Shown here one piece after another: positions 27,991-36,006 of a stretch of 64,000 nucleotides of DNA. A program made the position numbers and the translations under genes. Under the pieces are notes generated by a model. The model was not told the DNA's origin, did no database searches, and was given only the letters and a program-made list of their open reading frames with translations. Every line of letters begins with the position of its first letter. Position 1 is the stretch's first letter. The DNA comes from an uncultured Acidobacteriota bacterium (GTDB lineage: Bacteria > Acidobacteriota > Polarisedimenticolia > Polarisedimenticolales > Polarisedimenticolaceae): the NCBI GenBank assembly GCA_963824225.1, contig CAWGOF010000003.1:3040847-3104846 (forward strand), in the 5' to 3' direction.

Positions 27991-28284
27991 ATGGCCCGAC
28001 ACGAGTTTCACCAACTCGCCGAACGCGAACTGCACGACGCTACCCGATACTACGAGCTCGAGAGTCCAAGGTTGGGGCGCTCCTTCCTCAATGAGATCGA
28101 GCGGTGTCTGCGGGCGATTGTGGAACATCCCGAAGCGGGGAGGATCCTGCTCGGCTCCGTGCGTCGTCGCCTTCTGTGGCGCTTCCCTTATGCGCTCCTG
28201 TACAAGATCACGCCGGATAGCATCCGAATTCTGGCGGTCATGAACCTGAAGAGGCGTCCGACCTACTGGGTCGGGCGTGAGTGA
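27991..28284 (+). CDS. ParE/RelE-family toxin
   Basis: 97 aa; ...RYYELESPRLGRSFLNEIERCLRAIVEHPEAGRILLGSVRRRLLWRFPYALLYKITPDSIRILAVMNLKRRP typical ParE pattern. Confidence 0.6.
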   Translation: MARHEFHQLAERELHDATRYYELESPRLGRSFLNEIERCLRAIVEHPEAGRILLGSVRRRLLWRFPYALLYKITPDSIRILAVMNLKRRPTYWVGRE

Positions 28285-28308
28285 CGGAGCTGCAGCCGCC
28301 GGATCGCT

Positions 28309-28333
28309 CCACGTTGACCCGCGCTCGACCAGC
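28309..28333. repeat. 25-bp direct repeat, copy 1 (CCACGTTGACCCGCGCTCGACCAGC)
   Basis: identical copy at 29644-29668. Confidence 0.85.
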
Positions 28334-28414
28334 AAGGCTTGCTCGAAGACCTCCTCGAGAGCCCGCGCCATCGCCCACGCCCTGAGGATCCAAGCGATCG
28401 CGACGACCGCAACG

Positions 28415-28888
28415 ATGGCGGTCGTGCTCTCCCTCTGTCTCTCCTGCTCGAAGCCGACCCGCGTCGTGGTCGACATGTACGACGGCTTCGAGTTCGCGGA
28501 GCAAAGGCTCGCCCGCGTCCGAGCGACGACGTTCGTGATTGCGCTCATCGAGCCCGACGAATCGAAGGTCCTGTTCGAGTTCACGATCCCCGACGACCAG
28601 GTGCGCCCGCTGCCGCTGACCGTGCCCGAGATCTCGGGGATCCGCACGACGATCAGGCCCCCACCGCAGGCCCGCTCCCCGTTCCACGGCGGGACGTTCA
28701 CCGTGACCCGGGCGATCCGGGGCAGCGCGTTCGAGGTCGAGTTCGACCTCGGATCTGGCGCCGATCGCGTGGTCGGTCGCGGCGTCGCTCGCCCCGCGAG
28801 TCAGACTCGCCCCGCCGTGTGGCCGTACGATCCGCGCCCGCCGAAGCCGAGCGTCTGGGCTCGGATCATGGATGCCTTGGGCGAGTAG
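28415..28888 (+). CDS. hypothetical lipoprotein
   Basis: MAVVLSLCLSCSKPT lipobox-like N-terminus; start uncertain. Confidence 0.35.
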   Translation: MAVVLSLCLSCSKPTRVVVDMYDGFEFAEQRLARVRATTFVIALIEPDESKVLFEFTIPDDQVRPLPLTVPEISGIRTTIRPPPQARSPFHGGTFTVTRAIRGSAFEVEFDLGSGADRVVGRGVARPASQTRPAVWPYDPRPPKPSVWARIMDALGE

Positions 28889-28959
28889 GGGGACTCAGCG
28901 TTCTCGCCGTGCAACCCAGTGCTCCTGGCTTCGGGGGTCTGCTCGCGTATACTCACCTC

Positions 28960-29400
28960 ATGCCCCCGAAAAGCCGCGCAAAGAGGCGCACGAATGCCCG
29001 TGGCCATCGTGCCGCGCGCACCCGCAACGACGCAATGGTCGATGCTTTCGTCCGCGTGCTCGGGTTCCCGGAGGAGGACGGCGACGGATGGGTCGCCGTG
29101 GCTCTGGAGATGGACCTTTGGGGCCACGGTCGAAACTTCCGCGCCGCGTTCGCCGACCTCAAAGACCTCGTCCAGATGCAGCTCAGCTTTGCCTATCAGC
29201 AGCAGCGGCCGGAGATGATCTACCGCCCAGCCGACCCCCGGCTGTTCGACATCTTCCATCACGTCCACACGGCACGACTCAGGCAGGCCGGTTCACGCCG
29301 AAAGCCCGAAGAGGGTGACTACAAGGCGGTCGGCCTGGAGGTTCCTCCGCCCGAGGTCATCAGCAAGCTGGAGCCCAAGTACGCCCTAGCAGATGCCTAG
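28960..29400 (+). CDS. HicB-like antitoxin (UPF0150/RNase H-like fold) candidate
   Basis: 147 aa; ...VRVLGFPEEDGDGWVAVALEMDLWGHGRNFRAAFADLKDLVQMQL resembles HicB N-terminal domain; overlaps start of hicA-like ORF. Confidence 0.45.
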   Translation: MPPKSRAKRRTNARGHRAARTRNDAMVDAFVRVLGFPEEDGDGWVAVALEMDLWGHGRNFRAAFADLKDLVQMQLSFAYQQQRPEMIYRPADPRLFDIFHHVHTARLRQAGSRRKPEEGDYKAVGLEVPPPEVISKLEPKYALADA

Positions 29401-29653
29401 AGCGCTCCGGTACCGCGAGGTAGTTCGACGCCTCCGGGACCATGACGGGCGGTTCCAGGTCTGGGAGCGCCGGGGCAAGGGCAGCGAGCGGATGCTCTCC
29501 ACCCGGACGTCAACGGGCGATCCGCCAGCTACCCCGTCAAATGTCACGGGGAAGGGACCGAGCTCGGCAAGGGAACGCTGAAGGCGATCATCCGGCGCTT
29601 CGACCTCCCGGCCGACATCTTCGACGAGGCGACCTGTCCGCCCCCACGTTGAC
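29393..29653 (+). pseudogene. HicA-like toxin with single-nt frameshift (~29487)
   Basis: frame 1: MPRALRYREVVRRLRDHDGRFQVWERRGKGSERMLS; +1 frame continues HPDVNGRSASYPVKCHGEGTELGKGTLKAIIRRFDL (HicA-like double-stranded RNA-binding fold); an extra C in the run ctctccaccc would restore the frame. Confidence 0.45.
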
Positions 29654-29668
29654 CCGCGCTCGACCAGC
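29644..29668. repeat. 25-bp direct repeat, copy 2
   Basis: CCACGTTGACCCGCGCTCGACCAGC; contains hicA stop codon. Confidence 0.85.
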
Positions 29669-29710
29669 GTGGTAGCGTCGCCACCCATTGAGGGCCGGGC
29701 GGGGCCGATC

Positions 29711-30715
29711 GTGAGCGGCACATTCCTCGACGCGATCGTCGAGCGGAACAAAGCGTTCGTTGCCAGGCGCGCAGCGCAGCCGCTGGCTGCGCTCGAGCCG
29801 TTGCACCTGGCCGTCGTCGCCTGCTACGACCCGCGCCTCGACGCCCTGTTCCAGCCCGCCCTGGGCTACGAGCCGGGGAAGACGTTCCTCTTCCGCACCG
29901 CGGGTGCCCTCGTCCAGCCCACGGGGGCGACCCTGCGCTCGCTGTCGATGGCCGTCTACATGTTCGGCGTGACCGAGGTCCTCGTCGTCGGCCACACGAG
30001 CTGCCGCATGGCCCAGTTCCAGGCGAACCAGTTCGTCGAGACGTTCCGCCGCCGCGGCGTGACACGCGAGGCCTTCGGGGAGAAGGACCTGCGCGAGTGG
30101 GCCGGCGCGATCCCGAGCCCCAGGCGCGGCGTCGAGATCTCGGTCGCCAACATCGTCGCCGCACCGTTCCTGCCGAAGGACCTGGCCGTTGCCGGCGCCG
30201 TGCTCGACGACGAGACGGGCGCGCTCGAGATCGTCGTGCGGCCGGGCGAAACCGTGGCGCCGCCGCAGACGCGAGAGCAAGAGTTCGCGCAACCCGTGCC
30301 GCAGACGCCAGCGCCGGAAGCAGCGACCGCTGCCGCAGCGGCCGCTGCGGCAAAGACCGCAGCCGCAGCAGCAGCTTCGACTGCGCCACCGACCGCCAGC
30401 GCCGCGCCCGCGCCGGGGGAAGACGGCGCCGCCGCCGCGCTGACCCACGACGTCACCGAGTTCGCCCGCCTCCTCGGCTCGAAGCAGCGCTGGCGCGACG
30501 ACCTGAAGACGCTCCAGGGCGAGCTCGACCGGCCGCACCACCCGCTCGTCAAGTACCGGATGCTCGAGAGCATCGCCCGCCGCGCCGGTGCCGAATCAAG
30601 AGAGGTCCTCGACGCCTTCGAGCGCGTCAAGCGCTCCGTGATCGCGGCCCGGCAGAGCCTCGAGACCGAGGACCTGTATCGTCTGTTCCTGCAGGTCGTG
30701 GGGAAGCAAAAGTGA
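29711..30715 (+). CDS. beta-carbonic-anhydrase-like domain protein with Ala/Pro-rich linker and C-terminal helical domain
   Basis: VVACYDPRLD and VVGHTSCRMAQ resemble beta-CA CxDxR / HxxC zinc-ligand motifs (divergent); GTG start at 29711 chosen. Confidence 0.4.
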   Translation: MSGTFLDAIVERNKAFVARRAAQPLAALEPLHLAVVACYDPRLDALFQPALGYEPGKTFLFRTAGALVQPTGATLRSLSMAVYMFGVTEVLVVGHTSCRMAQFQANQFVETFRRRGVTREAFGEKDLREWAGAIPSPRRGVEISVANIVAAPFLPKDLAVAGAVLDDETGALEIVVRPGETVAPPQTREQEFAQPVPQTPAPEAATAAAAAAAAKTAAAAAASTAPPTASAAPAPGEDGAAAALTHDVTEFARLLGSKQRWRDDLKTLQGELDRPHHPLVKYRMLESIARRAGAESREVLDAFERVKRSVIAARQSLETEDLYRLFLQVVGKQK

Positions 30716-31254
30716 GCATCGGCGTCGTCTACGTCGGCCTCCTCGTGCTGGGCCTGTCCTACGCCATCATCTCGGGCGCCCTGGGCTGGCTCGCAGACCT
30801 GGGCGACGCCGACGTCCACGTCGACGCCGGTGGCCACATCGACGCCGGCCACGCCCACCCGGTCTCGGGCACCACGGTCGCCACGTTCATCACGGGGTTC
30901 GGGGGCGGGGGCGCCGTCGCCCACTACCTGATGCGCTGGCCGCTCCTCGGGAGCCTGGGGACGGCCCTGCTCATAGGCTTGGCTGTCGCCGGCGCCGCCT
31001 TCGCCGTGCTCGAGCTGATCTTCAAGCAGACCCACGGCGGCGGCGAGTTCGCAATCGAACAAGCGGTAGGCCGCGAGGCCGAGGTGATCACGGGGATCCC
31101 GAAGGACGGCGCGGGCGAGATCGCCTTCGTCGTCAAGGGCCAGCGCGAGCAGGCAACTGCGAGAGCCACAGACGGCCAGGAGATCGCCCGCGGCCGCCTC
31201 GTCGTCGTCGAGCGCGTCATGGGCTCCACGTTCTACGTACGGAGGAAAGACTGA
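30712..31254 (+). CDS. NfeD-like membrane protein (partner of SPFH/flotillin)
   Basis: GTG start overlapping upstream stop; TM helices then C-terminal OB-fold-like region (GEIAFVVKGQREQATARATDGQEIARGRLVVVERVMGSTFYV); immediately precedes flotillin gene with TGATG overlap. Confidence 0.6.
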   Translation: MSIGVVYVGLLVLGLSYAIISGALGWLADLGDADVHVDAGGHIDAGHAHPVSGTTVATFITGFGGGGAVAHYLMRWPLLGSLGTALLIGLAVAGAAFAVLELIFKQTHGGGEFAIEQAVGREAEVITGIPKDGAGEIAFVVKGQREQATARATDGQEIARGRLVVVERVMGSTFYVRRKD

Positions 31255-32747
31255 TGGAACCGGGAGGCTCCCTGTTCGGCTTCGGCGCGCTCGTCACGGT
31301 TCTGGCTTTCATCATCGTCCCGATCGTCTTCTTCCTGCTGATCCTCACGGTCGCACGAAGGTACAAGAAGGTCGGCCCGAACCACGTGATGATCATCTCC
31401 GGTCGACGACACAAGGTGCAGATCAAGGACGGCGGCACCGACGTCACCGGCTACCGCGTGCGTAAAGGCGGCGGCGCGTTCATCTTCCCGCTCCTCGAGC
31501 GCGTCGACGTGCTGTCGCTCGAGGTGATGACGCTCGACATCACGACCCCCGAGGTCTACACGAAGCCCGGCGTCCCGCTCGTCGTCGACGGCGTGGCCCA
31601 GGTCAAGATCAGGGGCGACGAATCGAGCATCAGAACGGCGGCCGAGCAGTTCCTGGGCAAGACGGTCGAGCAGATCCAGGAGGTGGCACGACAGACGGTC
31701 GAGGGCCACCTGCGGGCGATCATCGGCACGCTGACAGTCGAGGAGATCTACCGAAACCGCGACCAGTTCGCGAGCTCAGTCCAAGAGGTGGCGGTCTCGG
31801 ACATGGCCAACATGGGCCTGCAGATCGTCAGCTTCACGCTCAGAGACATCCGGGACGGCCACGGCTACCTCGACGCCCTGGGCAAGCCCAAGACGGCAGA
31901 GGTCAAAAGAGACGCCACGATCGCCCAGGCCGAGGCCGACCGCGACGCGAACATCAAGTCGGCCCAGGCAAGACAGGCCGGCGAGACGGCCAAGTTCCAG
32001 GCCGAGACGCTCATCGCCCAGGCCCAGCGCGACTTCCAGATGAACAAGGCCCAGTTCGACGCCGCCGTCAACCTCAAGCGCGCCGACGCCGACCTGGCCT
32101 ACGACATCCAGCGCAACCGCACCTCGCAGGAGCTGAAGAAGGAAGAAGTCCAGATCGAGATCATCGCCAAGGAGCAGCAGATCATCGTCCAGGAGCGCGA
32201 GATTCAGAGAAGAGAAAAGGAGCTCGAGGCGACCGTCAAGCGCCTGGCCGACGCCGAGCGCTACCGCGTCGAAACCGAAGCCGCGGCGCACCGACAGAGA
32301 GCCGAGCAAATTGCCAAGGGCGAAGCAGAAGCGAGGCGCCAGAAGGGTATGGCCGAAGCCGACGTCATCCGCGCCACGGGCACTTCAGAAGCCGAGATCA
32401 TCGCCCTCAAGGGCGCATCCGAAGCTGACGCCATGCGCAAGAAGGCCGACTCGTTCAAGGAGTACAACCAGGCCGCCGTCCTCCAGATCCTCGTCGCCGC
32501 CCTCCCCGAGATCGCCCGCGCCGTCGCCGAGCCCCTGTCGAAAACGGACCGGATCACTCTCGTGTCGACGGGCGGAGATGGCATCGGTGCGTCGAAGCTG
32601 ACGGGGGACATCGCGAAGGCGATGGCGGAGATCCCTGCCGTCGTCGAGTCGCTCTCGGGCATCGAGCTACGCAAGCTCGTCGAGGCGATTCCGGCACTGA
32701 AGTCGGCGATGAGCGATACGAAGAGGGAGGAGAAGGGGAAGGGGTGA
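31254..32747 (+). CDS. flotillin-like SPFH/Band-7 domain protein
   Basis: 497 aa; N-terminal TM, SPFH domain, long EA-rich coiled coil (AEADRDANIKSAQARQAGETAKFQAETLIAQAQRDFQ...), typical FloT/YuaG organisation. Confidence 0.8.
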   Translation: MEPGGSLFGFGALVTVLAFIIVPIVFFLLILTVARRYKKVGPNHVMIISGRRHKVQIKDGGTDVTGYRVRKGGGAFIFPLLERVDVLSLEVMTLDITTPEVYTKPGVPLVVDGVAQVKIRGDESSIRTAAEQFLGKTVEQIQEVARQTVEGHLRAIIGTLTVEEIYRNRDQFASSVQEVAVSDMANMGLQIVSFTLRDIRDGHGYLDALGKPKTAEVKRDATIAQAEADRDANIKSAQARQAGETAKFQAETLIAQAQRDFQMNKAQFDAAVNLKRADADLAYDIQRNRTSQELKKEEVQIEIIAKEQQIIVQEREIQRREKELEATVKRLADAERYRVETEAAAHRQRAEQIAKGEAEARRQKGMAEADVIRATGTSEAEIIALKGASEADAMRKKADSFKEYNQAAVLQILVAALPEIARAVAEPLSKTDRITLVSTGGDGIGASKLTGDIAKAMAEIPAVVESLSGIELRKLVEAIPALKSAMSDTKREEKGKG

Positions 32748-32970
32748 GGGGGGCCTGGTGGGCGGCCGCGTCGAGCTGGGGTGCGAAACTGTCCTGGTCG
32801 TCGCCGTTACCGCGTTACGCAGGTCCGGAGTTGCGCGGTTACGCAGTTCTGCAGATGTCTTGTTGAACTAAGCCGCCTGCGGCGGGGTTCAAGACTGCTG
32901 GTTTCCTTCGATCTCGTTCCGGTGCAGCGTCGACCTCACGAGCCCACTTCAGGCTCGATGGAGGTGTGCG

Positions 32971-33819
32971 ATGACCGAGCTGCGCCGTCGGATGATTCAG
33001 GCCATGACCGTTCGGGGATTCTCTCCAAGCACGCACGAGTCCTACTTGGGTGCCGTGCGGCGGTTGGCCAAGCACTACCGTCGTTCGCCGGATGCGTTGA
33101 CGGTGGAGCAGGTGCAGGCCTACCTGGCACACATGGTGACGCAGCAGAAGCTGTCGTGGAGCACGTGCAACATCGCGGCGCAGGCGTTCCGCTTTCTGTA
33201 CCACGTGACATTGGGGCGCGATGTTGCTGCATTCGAGATTCCGTCGGCCAAGCAACCGCAGCGACTGCCCGAGATCCTGAGCCGTGAGGAGGTAGCGCGG
33301 CTGATCGAGGCGCCGCCGAACCCGAAGCACCGGTTGTTGTTGGCGACGGTCTATGCCGGGGGCTTGCGCGTGAGCGAAGCCGTGCGGCTGAAGGTCAGCG
33401 ACGTCGACCGCGGGCGGATGACTTTGCGCATCGAGCAGGGCAAGGGGAAGAAGGACCGCGTGGTCCCGCTGTCTGCGAGACTCGTCGGCCAGATCGAAGC
33501 GTTGTGGCAGACCGAGCCGCCTCGCCATTGGCTGTTTCCCAACCGCAGTGGCAGGCGACCGATCGACATCACGGTTGCACAGAAGGTGTTCACGATGGCC
33601 AAGCTTCGGGCCGGGATCACGAAGCGCGGCGGGATTCACTCGCTGCGCCACGCCTTCGCCACCCACCTGATCGAGGCGGGAGGGGACGTACCCACAATCC
33701 AGCGTCTGCTGGGACATCGTTGTGTGTCGACGACGATGCGCTACTTCCATCTCAGCCAGGGGCGGCTGGCAACCCTGCGGTCGCCACTCGATCTACTCGA
33801 GACGATTCCCCGGACGTAG
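32971..33819 (+). CDS. tyrosine recombinase/integrase-family protein associated with IS91-family element
   Basis: 282 aa; ...LATVYAGGLRVSEAVRLKVSDVD...HSLRHAFATHLIEAGGDVPTIQRLLGHRCVSTTMRYFH conserved R..H-R-Y catalytic box. Confidence 0.7.
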   Translation: MTELRRRMIQAMTVRGFSPSTHESYLGAVRRLAKHYRRSPDALTVEQVQAYLAHMVTQQKLSWSTCNIAAQAFRFLYHVTLGRDVAAFEIPSAKQPQRLPEILSREEVARLIEAPPNPKHRLLLATVYAGGLRVSEAVRLKVSDVDRGRMTLRIEQGKGKKDRVVPLSARLVGQIEALWQTEPPRHWLFPNRSGRRPIDITVAQKVFTMAKLRAGITKRGGIHSLRHAFATHLIEAGGDVPTIQRLLGHRCVSTTMRYFHLSQGRLATLRSPLDLLETIPRT

Positions 33820-33822
33820 CCG

Positions 33823-35013
33823 TTGCCAGGCGAGCCGACCTGCGCGCATCGCAGGCGGCCGCAGCGCCGACTCGAGCTTGCCGACCTCGTCCGTGGCTAC
33901 GGCGATCGTCTACGCTCTATCCGGCGCCTGAGCGGCGAGCAGCTTGCGGCCCTGCGCGCCATCGAGCGCTGTCGTACCCCGGCCCTCGGGGGCAGCCGCG
34001 AAGTCTGCACCAACTGCGGTGCCCAGCGCATCCTGTGGCACTCGTGTCGCAACCGCCACTGCCCGAAGTGCCAGACGACGGCCAAGGAGCGCTGGCTCGA
34101 AGCGCGCCTCGAGGAGTTGTTGCCCGTCGACTACGTGCATGTGGTCTTCACGCTGCCGCACGAGTTGAACGCCTTGGCTCTTGCCTGTCCCCGACTCGTC
34201 TATGGGCTCCTGTTTCAAACCGCCGCAGCGACGCTGCTTGCATTCGCACGCGACGGCCGGCATCTGGGCGCCGAGCCCGGAATCGTCGCCGTCCTGCACA
34301 CCTGGGGCCAGAATCTCTCCCTGCACATCCACCTGCACTGCATCGTCACCGCGGGTGGTCTCGACCCGACGCAACGCCGGTGGATCCGCCGGCCGGGGGG
34401 CTACCTGTTTCCGGTCCACGCCCTGTCCCGCGTGTTTCGCGGCAAGTACCTTGACGCTCTGCGCCACGCGCTCCGCGATTCTCCGGATCTCGCGCGCAGC
34501 GTTTCCATCCAGCAGCTTTGGCAGCACGACTGGGTCGTCTACGCCAAGAAGCCCTTCGGTGGCCCACGCCAAGTCCTGGACTACCTGGCTCGCTACACAC
34601 ACCGCGTCGCGCTGACCAACGATCGATTGCTCGAGTTGCACGAGGGGATCATCGGGGTCCGTTGGCGTGACTACGCACACGGCGGCAAGCGCAAGGTCCT
34701 CCGACTCCACGCCGCAGACCTGCTCGGACGCTTCGTGCTCCACGTTCTCCCGCGCGGCTTCCGACGCGTGCGCCACTACGGGTTGCTCGGCAATCGTCAC
34801 AGGTCCGCCAAGCTCGCCGCGTGTCGGCGCTACTTCGGCATCGCCTCGATCGATCGGTCCACATCGACCGATACTGCATCGTCTCCCTTGCGTCGGCTTG
34901 GCATCGATCCTCGTCGCTGCCCGGCCTGCGGTGCAAGCCAACTCCAACATGAACCCGTCCTACCACAGCCTCCCGTAGCTCGCGCCCGCGCGCCCACTGG
35001 CACCGCATGCTGA
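33823..35013 (+). CDS. IS91-family transposase
   Basis: 396 aa; N-terminal zinc-binding CTNCGAQRILWHSCRNRHCPKCQ, HTW and HxH motifs (AVLHTWGQNLSLHIHLHCIV), C-terminal Y-containing region. Confidence 0.7.
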   Translation: MPGEPTCAHRRRPQRRLELADLVRGYGDRLRSIRRLSGEQLAALRAIERCRTPALGGSREVCTNCGAQRILWHSCRNRHCPKCQTTAKERWLEARLEELLPVDYVHVVFTLPHELNALALACPRLVYGLLFQTAAATLLAFARDGRHLGAEPGIVAVLHTWGQNLSLHIHLHCIVTAGGLDPTQRRWIRRPGGYLFPVHALSRVFRGKYLDALRHALRDSPDLARSVSIQQLWQHDWVVYAKKPFGGPRQVLDYLARYTHRVALTNDRLLELHEGIIGVRWRDYAHGGKRKVLRLHAADLLGRFVLHVLPRGFRRVRHYGLLGNRHRSAKLAACRRYFGIASIDRSTSTDTASSPLRRLGIDPRRCPACGASQLQHEPVLPQPPVARARAPTGTAC

Positions 35014-35318
35014 TTCACGTCGGCCCGCCGCTCGCCACCGACGCCTGTACGCGCGTCCGGTCAGTGTCTGCCCGGCCCCTCAATCTCGAACGGCCGTGGG
35101 CGCTCGGAGAGAATCAGGACACCCGGCACCGTCGCCCTTCCACGTACGCCCAGATCTCAACGGCACCGCGCGACTCCAGTGCCGCCTTCCCGCTCCGCCT
35201 GCCCCAAGCGTAGAATCCCCAGGGGAGAACATGGTGCGGCTTAGTCCAACCGGCTTTATCCGGAATGCGCAGACGCACTCCGGATAAAGCCTCTTCGTTA
35301 TGCGGACAGATCCTGAGC

Positions 35319-35918
35319 ATGGCGGTCTACCTACGAACTGACGAACAGGTTGAAGCGGCCGCGGCGCTTGAGACGGGTGGCCACGCCGCGGCTCGTGTGG
35401 CACTCGATGTGTATGACTGGCGCTGGGTAGTACTCGCGCTCCACAACGCTCTTCAGGGGTTCATGGTCATAGCCCTTCGTGGGAGCGATGGGTTGGCCCC
35501 GCTCCGAGACAAGATCGCCGCGGCGTGGTTGAAGGCCTACCGATCAAACCAACCTCCCCCCAACGAGGAATTGGACTCCTTCCTCAACCTGTACTCCAAG
35601 ATCAAAGGGCCACGGATGCGGCAGTACATCCACAGCGCCATCTTCCAGGCAAAGGGATCCGAGGACTGGAGCGTGAGGAAGCTGAACGTTCTACGGAATC
35701 AGTTCGTGCACTTCCTGCCTCGTAGCTGGTCGTTAGAGGTCTCCGGCCTGCCCAGGATATGCTTGGACTGCGTCGACGTCATCGAATTCCTCGGCTGGAA
35801 GTGTGGCAACGTTCGGTGGAGTGAGTCATCGGTGGAGCAGCGCGCAGTCGCGGCCGTTCGTGAGCTGCGCGCCGAACTCAGCAAGTTGGCGTCGAAGTAT
35901 GGGGGCACGGCCGCATGA
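35319..35918 (+). CDS. hypothetical protein (lower GC than surroundings)
   Basis: ~200 aa from ATG 35319 (MAVYLRTDEQ...); no recognised domain; GC visibly reduced. Confidence 0.35.
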   Translation: MAVYLRTDEQVEAAAALETGGHAAARVALDVYDWRWVVLALHNALQGFMVIALRGSDGLAPLRDKIAAAWLKAYRSNQPPPNEELDSFLNLYSKIKGPRMRQYIHSAIFQAKGSEDWSVRKLNVLRNQFVHFLPRSWSLEVSGLPRICLDCVDVIEFLGWKCGNVRWSESSVEQRAVAAVRELRAELSKLASKYGGTAA

Positions 35919-36006
35919 CGTCCGGTTGAGCCCGCGGGTTAGCCGTGCGTTAGACAGCCGCCAGTATCACAGCCGCCGACACGCACCGGGACGGAGACCG
36001 AACTCA

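Larger units (their letters stand above)
32971..35013 (+). mobile_element. IS91-family insertion sequence core (tyrosine recombinase + rolling-circle Y2 transposase); ends not defined
   Basis: adjacent integrase-family ORF and IS91-type transposase; direct repeats gcgttacgcag x2 at 32810-32850 upstream; boundaries cannot be set from sequence alone. Confidence 0.5.

Noticed and set aside
27616-28701. 361-aa minus-strand ORF across the TA islet
   Set aside because: No domain content; opposite-strand small genes have clear TA family signatures and overlapping stop/start coupling.
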